From: an uncultured Pelagibacteraceae bacterium
GTDB lineage: Bacteria > Pseudomonadota > Alphaproteobacteria > Pelagibacterales > Pelagibacteraceae
Length of the DNA: 64,000 nt
Direction of reading: 5' to 3'
NCBI GenBank assembly: GCA_902631535.1
Contig: CACOYX010000002.1
Location: forward strand, 39,570-103,569
Part shown: positions 1-11,747 of the stretch, one piece after another
Layout: every line of letters starts with the position of its first letter
Position numbering within the stretch: position 1 is the first letter of the stretch
Made by a program: the position numbers and the translations under genes
Notes under the pieces: generated by a model
The model's input: only the letters and a program-made list of their open reading frames with translations
Databases searched by the model: none
Told to the model about the DNA's origin: nothing

Positions 1-620
1 TTTTTAAATTTTAATGAAGTAGATTTTAAACCAATAATTTCATCTTCATACATATCTTGAGCTCCATAAATCGTGTCATATCCCAATGTCCAAAATATGG
101 CTGATGCGTATAGAATGATAATCTCAGTTGTAATATCATGATTTATTGCTGACCACGCCATAATAATACCCCAGTTAAAAGTAACTCCTAAAAAAAGTTG
201 AGGCCAGTATGTAATTCTTTTCATAAAAGGATATGAGAAAGCCAGTAGCATTGAACCCATACCAAGTAAAATTGTAAATAGGTTGAATTGTAATAAGATT
301 AAAAACGCAAATAAACAAAGAGTCAAAACGTAAATTAGCGAATGTTTTACTGTAATTTTACCAGAAGGAATTGGTCTTGTTTTTGTTCTTGAAATTTTTT
401 TATCAAAATCTTTATCAACGATATCGTTAACAATACATCCTGCACTTCTCATTAAAACAGATCCCAAAAAAAATAATATTAAGTAATATATAAACAAATT
501 TAGATTTTGATTATAAAGGAAAGCATATGCTAACCCCCATGAACAAGGCCAAAATAAAAGCATAAACCCTATTGGTTTATTTAATCTTGTTAGTTCAACA
601 AATATTTTTAAATGTTGCAT
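1..620 (-). CDS. ubiA: 4-hydroxybenzoate polyprenyltransferase UbiA (partial, runs off window start)
   Basis: Not in ORF track. Manual translation from ATG at 620 gives MQHLKIFVELTRLNKPIGFMLLFWPCSWG..MRSAGCIVNDIVDKDFDKKISRTKTRPIPSG..YPFMKR..GYDTIYGAQD, the UbiA Asp-rich motifs. Confidence 0.92.
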   Translation of the reverse strand, partial: MQHLKIFVELTRLNKPIGFMLLFWPCSWGLAYAFLYNQNLNLFIYYLILFFLGSVLMRSAGCIVNDIVDKDFDKKISRTKTRPIPSGKITVKHSLIYVLTLCLFAFLILLQFNLFTILLGMGSMLLAFSYPFMKRITYWPQLFLGVTFNWGIIMAWSAINHDITTEIIILYASAIFWTLGYDTIYGAQDMYEDEIIGLKSTSLKFK

Positions 621-630
621 GAAATATTAC

Positions 631-659
631 TTGTAAATATCAAACAGTAACTTCATAAT
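631..659 (+). promoter_or_regulatory. putative sigma70 promoter for the 674 ORF
   Basis: TTGTAA(631-636)-N17-CATAAT(654-659), followed by palindrome AATCAA-T-TTGATT and a GANTC site (666-670). Confidence 0.45.
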
Positions 660-673
660 CAATTTGATTCGAT

Positions 674-1084
674 ATGGACATAGATTACACAGTTGCGGCA
701 TTGATGTTTCCAGCTATTCCATTAATGATGACAATGTATAGTAATAGATTTCATACATTAAGCGGGCTAATTAGAAAATTACATGATCAATTAACCTTTG
801 ATAAAAAAGCACCTCCTCAACTAGAAAATCAATTACATGTTCTTAATAATAGAACTAACCTATTAAAGTACACAATGGGCTTTGCAGCTTTTGGTTTTTT
901 ATTTAATATGACTACAGTTTTATTGCTTTATCTGGGAAGTTTACAAATTGCTAGATTAAATTTTGCAGCTTGTTGTCTCTGCATGATTGTTTCCATTTTT
1001 TTATTTTTACAAGAAATTAGACTGTCTAATCAGGCCTTGAAATATCATCTGAGCGATATGGACTCGATGAAAAACGATTTGTAA
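674..1084 (+). CDS. DUF2721-like membrane protein
   Basis: 136 aa with three hydrophobic segments; FPAIPLMM..Y.NRF..L..LIR pattern resembles DUF2721. Confidence 0.65.
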   Translation: MDIDYTVAALMFPAIPLMMTMYSNRFHTLSGLIRKLHDQLTFDKKAPPQLENQLHVLNNRTNLLKYTMGFAAFGFLFNMTTVLLLYLGSLQIARLNFAACCLCMIVSIFLFLQEIRLSNQALKYHLSDMDSMKNDL

Positions 1085-1348
1085 TTATTTATTATCTATT
1101 AAATTTTTTTTAAATAAAGAAATGCCTTTATTTTTTTTATGATCATAAGACTCTTTAAAAGTTTCTAATTGCCAACCTTGCATTCTACTTAGAATTATTT
1201 TTAAATTTTTCTCTTTCCAATCATCAGTAATATTTTCATCTTTCCAATGCTTTTTTTCTTCGTTGGTTCTCGCACAACCATAACAAAAACCTGTTACAGG
1301 ATCAGTCCTGCAAATACTAATGCAAGGTGATATTATTTTCTTATTCAT
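1085..1348 (-). CDS. DUF1289 family predicted Fe-S protein
   Basis: SPCISIC..GFCYGCART.EE..W motif. Confidence 0.8.
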   Translation of the reverse strand: MNKKIISPCISICRTDPVTGFCYGCARTNEEKKHWKDENITDDWKEKNLKIILSRMQGWQLETFKESYDHKKNKGISLFKKNLIDNK

Positions 1349-2322
1349 TATGGAATTAATATTGCTGGGCCTGTAAGTTTTCGAGCTTCCAGATCTTCGT
1401 GGGCTTTCTTAGCATCAATTAAACTATATTCCTTTGAAATTTTAATTTTGATTTTACCAAATTTAACTTTTTCAAATACAGCATCTGCACCAGCTTGAAG
1501 TTCTTTTCTATTTGTAAAATATTGGCCTATTGAAGGTCTAGTTAAATAAAGTCCTTTAGGTTGAATATCCTTTGGAACATTAACTGGATCTAGAGGACCT
1601 GATGCATTTCCAAAACTCACCATCATTCCTCTAGTTTTAAGACAAGCTAATGAACCGTAAAAAGTATTTTTTCCAACCCCATCAAATACGGCTGGAACTC
1701 CCTCATTGTTAGTCATTTCCATAACTTTCTTAGCAAAATCATCTGTTGTATAATTTATGACTTGAGCATAACCATTTTCTTCTGCGATTTTAATTTTTTC
1801 GTCTGAACCCACTGTTCCTATAACTTTCGCTCCAATGCTGTTGGCCCATTGAGCAAATATTTGACCGACACCTCCTGCAGCCGCATGAAACAAAACAGTT
1901 TCTCCAGCTTTAAGTTTATAAGTTTTACAAAGTAAATAATTAGTTGTTAAACCTTTTGTCATCAAGGTAGCCGCTTGTTTGTGAGATATACCCTCTGGTA
2001 CCTTTACAGCTATCTTGGATGGTATAACTCTTTGTTGTGAGTAAGCTCCAAGCGGCACTGAAGCGTATGCAATATTATCACCTATATTAAATTCTTTTAC
2101 ATTTGATCCAACCTCTTCCACTTTACCTGCAGCTTCTAAACCTATTCCACTTGGTAATTTAATTGGGTATAAACCTGATCTGTGATAAGTATCAATATAA
2201 TTTAAACCTATCGCATAATTAGTAACTTTAATTTCATCTGGACCAGGAACACCCACACTAACATCTTGAAGCTCTAAAACTTCAGGTCCACCATTTTTTT
2301 TAATTATTATTGATTTTGGCAT
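1348..2322 (-). CDS. qor: NADPH:quinone oxidoreductase (zeta-crystallin/MDR family)
   Basis: GGPEVL, GLNYIDTYHRSGLY, HAAAGGVG, FGNASG motifs. Confidence 0.93.
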   Translation of the reverse strand: MPKSIIIKKNGGPEVLELQDVSVGVPGPDEIKVTNYAIGLNYIDTYHRSGLYPIKLPSGIGLEAAGKVEEVGSNVKEFNIGDNIAYASVPLGAYSQQRVIPSKIAVKVPEGISHKQAATLMTKGLTTNYLLCKTYKLKAGETVLFHAAAGGVGQIFAQWANSIGAKVIGTVGSDEKIKIAEENGYAQVINYTTDDFAKKVMEMTNNEGVPAVFDGVGKNTFYGSLACLKTRGMMVSFGNASGPLDPVNVPKDIQPKGLYLTRPSIGQYFTNRKELQAGADAVFEKVKFGKIKIKISKEYSLIDAKKAHEDLEARKLTGPAILIP

Positions 2323-2343
2323 TCAAGGAACGTACTTGAACTT

Positions 2344-3186
2344 TTAATATTTAGCAAATGTTCCGTTATTATAATCTTGTATCGCTTCAAGTATTTCTGC
2401 CTTAGTATTCATCACAAACGGACCACCTCTCGCTATAGGTTCACCTATGGGTTTGCCAGCAATAAATAAAAATTCAGATTTTTTTGTTGCTTTGACAATA
2501 AGTTTATTACCTCTCTCAAGTAAAATTAAATTTGAGTTAGAAGTTTTTTCGTGACTCTTTTCACCAATTTTTAGCTCACCTTTAAGCAAATATATAAAAC
2601 TATTATGTCCCTCTGGAGCTTCACAATTAAATTCTTTGGCTTCATTTAAAATTACATGAAAATATATCGGTTCCACATTATGATTTTTTTCAGGTCCCTC
2701 AGCATTTTCATATTTTCCAGCAATTACTTTTACAATCTTGTCTTTGTCTTTGTGAGTTCCAAGCTCATCTCCTTTAATATAAAGATATTCTGGTTTATTT
2801 TTTTTAAGTTTTGCAGGCATGTTGATCCATAATTGGAATCCTAGAAGCTTACCCTCTTTCATTGCTGGCATTTCTGAGTGAATAATACCTCTACCGGTTT
2901 TCATCCATTGCACATCACCAGACGCCATAATTCCTTTAGCGCCAGTGCTATCTTGATGTTCAAATTCTCCATTTAACATATAAGTAACCGTCTCTATTCC
3001 TCTGTGAGGGTGGGGAGGAAAACCTGCAATATAATCGTCTTTATTTTCTGAACCAAACTCATCAAGCATTAAAAAAGGATCAATGTAATCTGCCTCAGGC
3101 GTGCCAATACTTCTTTTTAATTTTACACCAGCACCATCTGATGCATTTAAAGCTTTTATAATTTTTTTAACTTCAATATTTTTCAT
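2344..3186 (-). CDS. pirin family bicupin protein
   Basis: DPFLMLD, FPPHPHRGIETVTY, GIIHSEMP, GPFVMNT. Likely start is ATG 3186 (MKNIEV); the track start overlaps the upstream gene. Confidence 0.93.
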   Translation of the reverse strand: MKNIEVKKIIKALNASDGAGVKLKRSIGTPEADYIDPFLMLDEFGSENKDDYIAGFPPHPHRGIETVTYMLNGEFEHQDSTGAKGIMASGDVQWMKTGRGIIHSEMPAMKEGKLLGFQLWINMPAKLKKNKPEYLYIKGDELGTHKDKDKIVKVIAGKYENAEGPEKNHNVEPIYFHVILNEAKEFNCEAPEGHNSFIYLLKGELKIGEKSHEKTSNSNLILLERGNKLIVKATKKSEFLFIAGKPIGEPIARGGPFVMNTKAEILEAIQDYNNGTFAKY

Positions 3187-3190
3187 AAAA

Positions 3191-3430
3191 CTATTTAGCG
3201 TTATGTGATCCATCACACATTGGAGGATCGTTTGTTAGTTTGCATGTGCAGAAAAAAACTTTCTTAGATTGATCAGCCTTATATGGCAAAGGTTTAAAAG
3301 TTGTATCTTTGTGCGAACCATCACAAAAAGGCTGTTTCGCACTTAATCCGCAAGTGCACCAGTAATAAGATTTACCTTCTAAGACATTTATTCCAATCGG
3401 AGTGTCTCCAGCTCTTTTTACTTTTATCAT
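3191..3430 (-). CDS. tandem CDGSH [2Fe-2S] protein (MiNT/CISD3-like)
   Basis: Two motifs, WCTCGLSAKQPFCDGSH and FCTCKLTNDPPMCDGSH; AGGAG Shine-Dalgarno upstream. Confidence 0.93.
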   Translation of the reverse strand: MIKVKRAGDTPIGINVLEGKSYYWCTCGLSAKQPFCDGSHKDTTFKPLPYKADQSKKVFFCTCKLTNDPPMCDGSHNAK

Positions 3431-3456
3431 TTAATTTCTCCTAATTTTTAAATTGT

Positions 3457-4119
3457 TTATACAATATCTAAAAGTTGTTTCAAATTTTTAATTTCGTCGC
3501 TGGGTTTATAATCAAGATTATCAAAAATTTTATTATTTCTATTTACCCAAATAGAATTGTAACCGTAGTTTCCACCACCTGATACATCCCAGGTATTTGA
3601 ACTTAGAAACACAACTTCATTTTTTTGTATATTATATTTTTTAATTGGCATGTCATAAACTTTTGAGCTGGGTTTATAAATTCCTACCTCTTCAATTGAA
3701 AATACATCATCAAAAATATTTTTTAAATTATTGCTTTCAATTAATTCATTGAGAAGGGCAGGTGTACCGTTTGACAGAATACCAAGTTTATAATTCTTTT
3801 CTTTTAAAATTTTTACAACTCCAGGAACCTCTTTAAAAGGTGAAAGTACTTTATAAAGGTCTAACAGTTCATTTCTCATTGAAATATCTATATCAAAAGC
3901 TTTCATTGATTTATCTAAACTGTCTTCTGTAACTTGCCAAAAATCTTTGTGTCTATTCATTAAACTTCTTAGCCAAGTGTATTCAAGTTGTGTAGTTCTC
4001 CAATAATTGGCAAAACTTTCCCACTTGCTACCGATTTTATCTTTACATTTTTCTGCAGCTGAATTGACATCAAAAAGAGTACCATATGCATCAAAAATTA
4101 TTGCTTTAATATTTTTCAT
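3457..4119 (-). CDS. (S)-2-haloacid dehalogenase type II (HAD superfamily)
   Basis: FDAYGTLFD, WRTTQLEYTW, LSNG, YKP, SSNTWD motifs of L-DEX-type enzymes. Confidence 0.88.
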   Translation of the reverse strand: MKNIKAIIFDAYGTLFDVNSAAEKCKDKIGSKWESFANYWRTTQLEYTWLRSLMNRHKDFWQVTEDSLDKSMKAFDIDISMRNELLDLYKVLSPFKEVPGVVKILKEKNYKLGILSNGTPALLNELIESNNLKNIFDDVFSIEEVGIYKPSSKVYDMPIKKYNIQKNEVVFLSSNTWDVSGGGNYGYNSIWVNRNNKIFDNLDYKPSDEIKNLKQLLDIV

Positions 4120-4136
4120 AACTTAAATTGATCCTA

Positions 4137-4850
4137 ATGAGTAATATTAGATTATTTCACCCAGAAAATATAATAGAAAATACTACAAGCCTATTATCTA
4201 AAGAGCACACTCATTATGTTGCAAATGTAATGAGAATGAAAAGGGGTTCTAACATTAATTTTTTTAATAAAGATGGAGAATGGCTTAGCGAGATAGTTTT
4301 TCTAGATAGAGATCGGGTTGAAGTAAAATTTTTAAATAAATTAAAAGAGCCAACCAAGAATTCTAATATTGAATTAGCCATCTGTTTGGTAAAGAAAAGT
4401 CCAATGGACACTATTTTACAAAAAGCTACAGAACTTGGTGTCACTAAAATCATACCAATTATATCTGAAAGGACAGAAGTTAAAGAATTAAATTTTGAAA
4501 GAGCAAAAAAAATTGTTATTGAAGCTACAGAACAATCTAATCAATTAATTCCTCCAGAAATTTCCCAGGTAAAAAAGCTTAAAGATTTTTTAAATAATTT
4601 AGATGGATCTACAAAATTATTATTTGCAGATGTGAATTCTAAAGATAATTTAAAAAAAAAAGTTTTAAATGAAGCTAAATCTTTATCTATACTTATAGGT
4701 CCAGAGGGAGATTTTTCGCCCTCAGAAATAGAACTTATTCACGGAAATCCTAACGTTGTGCCATTTACAATATCTAGAAACATTCTAAGGTCAGATACTG
4801 CTGTAATAAGCGCTATTTCATTAGTGAATTTTATCAATAACTTTCATTAA
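4137..4850 (+). CDS. rsmE: 16S rRNA m3U1498 methyltransferase
   Basis: HYVANVMR, QKATELGV, EATEQS, IGPEGDF, ILRSDTA; ATG at 4137. Confidence 0.93.
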   Translation: MSNIRLFHPENIIENTTSLLSKEHTHYVANVMRMKRGSNINFFNKDGEWLSEIVFLDRDRVEVKFLNKLKEPTKNSNIELAICLVKKSPMDTILQKATELGVTKIIPIISERTEVKELNFERAKKIVIEATEQSNQLIPPEISQVKKLKDFLNNLDGSTKLLFADVNSKDNLKKKVLNEAKSLSILIGPEGDFSPSEIELIHGNPNVVPFTISRNILRSDTAVISAISLVNFINNFH

Positions 4851-4902
4851 TTGTCGCATTAATTGAAATTGTGAAATTGTCTAAAAGCTGTATAAAAAAC
4901 TC

Positions 4903-7331
<2,429 letters not shown>

Positions 7332-7332
7332 A

Positions 7333-8259
7333 TTGAGCCAAACACTCACAAAAATAAGAAACTCTAAACTTAGTTTAGCCTTAGATTTTAATTCATTTTT
7401 TAATCTGATGAAGCCAAGAGTAATGTCTCTTGTTTTATTTACATGCATGGTTGGCTTATTGATTGCACCTAATAGTGTTGATTTAAAAACTTCTTTGATT
7501 TCATTACTAGCAGTGGCGATCGGCTCCGGTGCAGCTGGAGCTTTGAATATGTGGTACGAATCTGATGTTGATGCTTTAATGAGCAGAACTTGTTTAAGAC
7601 CAATACCCACAGGAAAAGTAAAAAGAAATCAGGCTTTATATTTTGGAATTATTTTATCATTTGCATCTATTGGTATGCTTTATTATTCCGCAAATCTTAT
7701 TTCAGCAATTTTATTAGCATCTACAATTAGTTTTTATTTTTTTATCTACACAATTTGGCTTAAAAGAAAAACTCCGCAAAATATTGTCATTGGTGGTGCT
7801 GCTGGAGCTTTACCTCCAGTCATTGGATGGACAATAGCTGCGGGATCTATAACAATCGAACCCATAATACTTTTCTTAATCATTTTTGTTTGGACACCAT
7901 CTCATTTCTGGGCATTAAGTTTATATAAATCAGGTGATTATAAGAAAGCCAAGATACCTATGTTACCAGTTATAGCTGGAACTAAAACTACAAAAAAAAA
8001 TATATTAACTTACTCATTTGCAATGCTCCCGATTATAATTGCTCCATATTATTTTGAGTTTGCGAGTTTGATATTTTTAGTTCCAGCATTAATCATGACA
8101 TTTTATTACAATTATTTGTGTTTAGAATTATTTAAAGCAAAGGTTACAAAAACTTCGAATAAAGTTGCAAGAAAAGTATTTATCTATTCAATTTTTTATT
8201 TATTTTTTATTTATTTAATTTTACTTATCGATAATGCTAGGACACTTTTTTATGAATAA
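7333..8259 (+). CDS. ctaB: protoheme IX farnesyltransferase
   Basis: MKPRV, DALMSRT..RPIP, LKRKTPQNIVIGG, WTPSHFWAL; TTG start. Confidence 0.96.
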   Translation: MSQTLTKIRNSKLSLALDFNSFFNLMKPRVMSLVLFTCMVGLLIAPNSVDLKTSLISLLAVAIGSGAAGALNMWYESDVDALMSRTCLRPIPTGKVKRNQALYFGIILSFASIGMLYYSANLISAILLASTISFYFFIYTIWLKRKTPQNIVIGGAAGALPPVIGWTIAAGSITIEPIILFLIIFVWTPSHFWALSLYKSGDYKKAKIPMLPVIAGTKTTKKNILTYSFAMLPIIIAPYYFEFASLIFLVPALIMTFYYNYLCLELFKAKVTKTSNKVARKVFIYSIFYLFFIYLILLIDNARTLFYE

Positions 8260-8362
8260 AAAAAAGAAAAATATTATCACAGCGATATTATTATTACTAT
8301 TTATGATCTTTTTATTTGCTCTTACTTTCTACAATATTGGAATTTATAATAGGGAAATTTAA
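8252..8362 (+). CDS. small single-TM protein between ctaB and ctaG (CoxF-like), 36 aa
   Basis: Manual translation MNKKKKNIITAILLLLFMIFLFALTFYNIGIYNREI. It fills the gap exactly, overlapping the ctaB stop and coupled to ctaG by TAATG. Confidence 0.7.
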   Translation: MNKKKKNIITAILLLLFMIFLFALTFYNIGIYNREI

Positions 8363-8913
8363 TGACAATAAATAAAAAAAATTTAACACCAATAGCCTTA
8401 GTTTCAATATTTCTTTTAATGCTTGCTTTATCTTTTGCTGCAGTTCCTTTATACGATTTGTTTTGTAGGGTTACTGGTTTTGGAGGGACAACACAAAATG
8501 CATCAGAGAAAGAAATTCCAAAAATTATAGTAAATCAAGATTATAAAATGCGGTTTGATACCAATGTTCACAGCACCTCTGATTGGAAATTTTACCCTGA
8601 AAAAAATACTTTAGATTTAAAACCAGGCCAAGTACACACAGTTAAATTTAATGTGGAAAACCCTAGTAATCAGACTTCATCCGGTTCAGCTTCATTTAAT
8701 GTGTCACCTTCTTCATTTGGCAAGTATTTGAATAAGATTGGTTGCTTTTGTTTCGAAAAGCAAACGTTAAAACCTAATCAGAAACAAGAATTTGTTTTAA
8801 CATTTTTCTTGGATCCCAAAGTGGTTGATGATAATAAAACTAAGAATATTTCTGATGTTACATTATCTTTTACATTCTTTGCATCTGAATTCTATGAAAA
8901 GGACAGAACTTAA
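8362..8913 (+). CDS. ctaG: cytochrome c oxidase copper chaperone Cox11/CtaG
   Basis: VPLYDLFCRVTGFGGT, KIGCFCF. Confidence 0.96.
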   Translation: MTINKKNLTPIALVSIFLLMLALSFAAVPLYDLFCRVTGFGGTTQNASEKEIPKIIVNQDYKMRFDTNVHSTSDWKFYPEKNTLDLKPGQVHTVKFNVENPSNQTSSGSASFNVSPSSFGKYLNKIGCFCFEKQTLKPNQKQEFVLTFFLDPKVVDDNKTKNISDVTLSFTFFASEFYEKDRT

Positions 8914-9704
8914 TGTCGGCTGAAAAAAAGAAACATGATTTTCATTTAGTAGACCCAAGCCCTTGGCCGATATACGTGTCTTTTGCAACTTTAGTATTGG
9001 CAGTCGGTGCAGTTTATTATTTTCATTCCAAAGCTCTTTGGCTTTTATTAGTGGGTTTTGCTTTAGTTGTGTATGGAGCATTTATGTGGTGGAGAGATGT
9101 TATTGAGGAAGCAGAGCACCAAGGTCATCACACTCCAGTAGTACAAATTGGTCATCGATACGGAATGACACTTTTTATTGCTTCAGAGGTTATGTTTTTT
9201 GTTGCATGGTTTTGGGCTTATTTTAATGCAAGTTTATTTCCAACCGAGTCTATTGGGGGAACATGGCCTCCACCTGATATAAAGACATTTGATCCTTGGG
9301 ATATACCATTAATTAATACTCTTATTTTATTATTATCTGGAACAACAGTTACTTGGGCTCATCATGCAATGTTAGAGAATGATAGAAAAGGATTGGTGAA
9401 TGGATTGATTGCAACTGTATTTTTAGGATTTATATTTTCATGCTTTCAAGCCTATGAATACCATCATGCAACATTCACTTTAGATGGAAACATCTACGGT
9501 TCCACATTTTATATGGCAACTGGTTTCCACGGTTTCCACGTAATCGTTGGAACAATTTTCTTAGCTGTTTGCTTATTTAGATCGATGAAAGGTCATTCAA
9601 CACCAACACATCACTTTGGCTTTGAGGCCGCAGCTTGGTATTGGCACTTTGTTGATGTAGTTTGGTTATTCCTTTTTGCTGCAATCTATATTTGGGGAAG
9701 TTAA
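8913..9704 (+). CDS. coxC: cytochrome c oxidase subunit III
   Basis: HDFHLVDPSPWP, ATGFHGFHV, WYWHFVDVVW. Confidence 0.98.
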   Translation: MSAEKKKHDFHLVDPSPWPIYVSFATLVLAVGAVYYFHSKALWLLLVGFALVVYGAFMWWRDVIEEAEHQGHHTPVVQIGHRYGMTLFIASEVMFFVAWFWAYFNASLFPTESIGGTWPPPDIKTFDPWDIPLINTLILLLSGTTVTWAHHAMLENDRKGLVNGLIATVFLGFIFSCFQAYEYHHATFTLDGNIYGSTFYMATGFHGFHVIVGTIFLAVCLFRSMKGHSTPTHHFGFEAAAWYWHFVDVVWLFLFAAIYIWGS

Positions 9705-9711
9705 ACTCAAA

Positions 9712-10374
9712 TTGAAAAAAGCATTCTTATTCCAACTATTCGTTATTTTTTTTATAACATTATTTTGCGCATTAGGTACTTGGCAGCTTTATAGGCTTCA
9801 ATGGAAGTTAGAATTAATTAGCGAAATAACTTTTGGGCTTGACTCTCAACCAATAGAATACTCAAGCTCTATAAAAAAAAATTATCAGAGAATCAACGCT
9901 AGAGGAAAATTTGATTTCGATAAACAAATTTACCTTTATAGTTTGAATGAAAAGGGAAAACCAGGATATGATGTAGTAACTCCATTTAGAACTAATAAAA
10001 ATGAGAATGTGCTAGTTAATAGAGGTTGGATAAATAAAAAACTTAAAGGTAACGCTAAGATAAATCTAAATACATCAGCCGAGCAAAAAATCGTAGGTCT
10101 TCTGAGAGAAATATATAAACCAAATATGTTTAAACCAGATAATGATATTAAGAATAATATTTGGTTTTCAATAAATTTAGAAGATTTGAAAGAGGCTACA
10201 GGAGAACAATTTAACGAGTTTGTAATTTTTTTGGAAGATAACCAAGTTAAGTCACCAATTCCAAAAAAGATCAGCATTGATGTGCCAAACAATCACCTCA
10301 AATATGCTATAACATGGTATGCAATATCAATTTCTATAATTTTTTATTATTTATATTTTAGAAGAAAAAAATGA
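9712..10374 (+). CDS. SURF1 family oxidase assembly protein
   Basis: LGTWQLYRLQWK, VLVNRGW, NNHLKYAITWY. Start uncertain; TTG 9712 preferred. Confidence 0.93.
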   Translation: MKKAFLFQLFVIFFITLFCALGTWQLYRLQWKLELISEITFGLDSQPIEYSSSIKKNYQRINARGKFDFDKQIYLYSLNEKGKPGYDVVTPFRTNKNENVLVNRGWINKKLKGNAKINLNTSAEQKIVGLLREIYKPNMFKPDNDIKNNIWFSINLEDLKEATGEQFNEFVIFLEDNQVKSPIPKKISIDVPNNHLKYAITWYAISISIIFYYLYFRRKK

Positions 10375-11747
10375 ATTATTTTAGCACTAGGGATAAATCT
10401 TTAAAATTTAGTTTTAAAGATATTTTCTTAAGAGGACTTGCACCAGGTGGAGGATTATTTTTACCTGCTAGAATTAAGAAGTATAATCGAGAAGAACTTA
10501 ATAATTTAAGTCAACTAAATTATAACGAACTTGCTACAGAAATTATCTTTAATTTCTGTTCAGGTGAAATTAAAAAGGAAGAACTTAAATCACTGATACA
10601 AACATCTTATAGTAGGTTTAAATATAAAGAAGTAGTAAATTTAAAAAAGATTGGAGAGATAGATCTTCTTGAGCTTTACCATGGGCCCACTTTAGCTTTT
10701 AAAGATATTGCAATGCAGGTAATTGGCAATTTGTATGACTACTTAGAAGTCGCTAAAGATAAAACTGTAAATGTCGTAGTAGCTACATCAGGAGATACTG
10801 GTTCAGCAGCTATCGCAGCATTAAGTAATAGAAAAAATATAAATCTTTTTGTTCTGCATCCGCATAATAAAATATCTAATATTCAAAGAAAAATAATGAC
10901 AACAATTGGTGGAGATAATATTTACAACATTGCTATCGAGGGTTCATTTGATGATTGTCAAAAAATTGTAAAAGAGCTTTTTAATGATGATAGTTTTAGA
11001 TCAAAAATAAACATGTCTGGCGTAAATTCTATCAATTGGGCAAGAATTATTTGTCAGATTGTTTATTATTTTTACTCTTTCTTTAAATTAAAAAAAAACA
11101 AAGTTAGCTTCTCTGTGCCGACTGGGAATTTTGGAGATATCTATGCTGGATATGTAGCAAAAAAAATGGGTTTACCAATAAATAAACTAATAGTCGCTAC
11201 AAATAAAAATGATATTTTACAAAGAGTAATTAATACAGGTGAGTATAAACCTGATACTGTAAAACCAACCATCACCCCAAGCATGGATATTCAAGTTGCG
11301 AGCAATTTTGAAAGGCTTCTTTATTATATACTAGATGAAAAAGATGGTAAGGTAGAATTATTAATGAATGACCTCTCGTCAAAAAGTTTTTTTAATTTAG
11401 AAAAAAAAGAAATTGATAAAATAAAAAAAGATTTTGAAGCAGTAAAAGTTACAGATGAAGAGACAGTAAGTATTATTGATGAAATATATAAAGAGCATAA
11501 GTTTGTAATTGATCCCCATACTGCTACAGGGGTAGGAGCAGCAAAAACTTTCAAAAATTTAGGTGATATAGTTGTTCTTGGTACAGCTCACCCTTATAAA
11601 TTCAGCGACACTATAAAAAAAGCTTTAGGGAAAAATTTAAATTCACCTGACCATTTAAAATTGAATATAGATAAAAAAGAATCATTTGATATTATTGGTA
11701 ATTCAAATTCAGAAGTTAAAAAATATATTTTAGGTAAAATACAATGA
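10371..11747 (+). CDS. thrC: threonine synthase
   Basis: YFSTR, ELYHGPTLAFKD (PLP Lys), ATSGDTG, NSINWAR, PTGNFG. Confidence 0.97.
   Translation: MNYFSTRDKSLKFSFKDIFLRGLAPGGGLFLPARIKKYNREELNNLSQLNYNELATEIIFNFCSGEIKKEELKSLIQTSYSRFKYKEVVNLKKIGEIDLLELYHGPTLAFKDIAMQVIGNLYDYLEVAKDKTVNVVVATSGDTGSAAIAALSNRKNINLFVLHPHNKISNIQRKIMTTIGGDNIYNIAIEGSFDDCQKIVKELFNDDSFRSKINMSGVNSINWARIICQIVYYFYSFFKLKKNKVSFSVPTGNFGDIYAGYVAKKMGLPINKLIVATNKNDILQRVINTGEYKPDTVKPTITPSMDIQVASNFERLLYYILDEKDGKVELLMNDLSSKSFFNLEKKEIDKIKKDFEAVKVTDEETVSIIDEIYKEHKFVIDPHTATGVGAAKTFKNLGDIVVLGTAHPYKFSDTIKKALGKNLNSPDHLKLNIDKKESFDIIGNSNSEVKKYILGKIQ

Noticed and set aside
3187-3216. Track N-terminal extensions of pirin; likewise mutY (24653), petC (36731), trxB (55118), SURF1 (9676) and greA (33636)
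   Set aside because: Longest-ORF artefacts overlapping neighbouring genes; family-like sequence begins at downstream starts.
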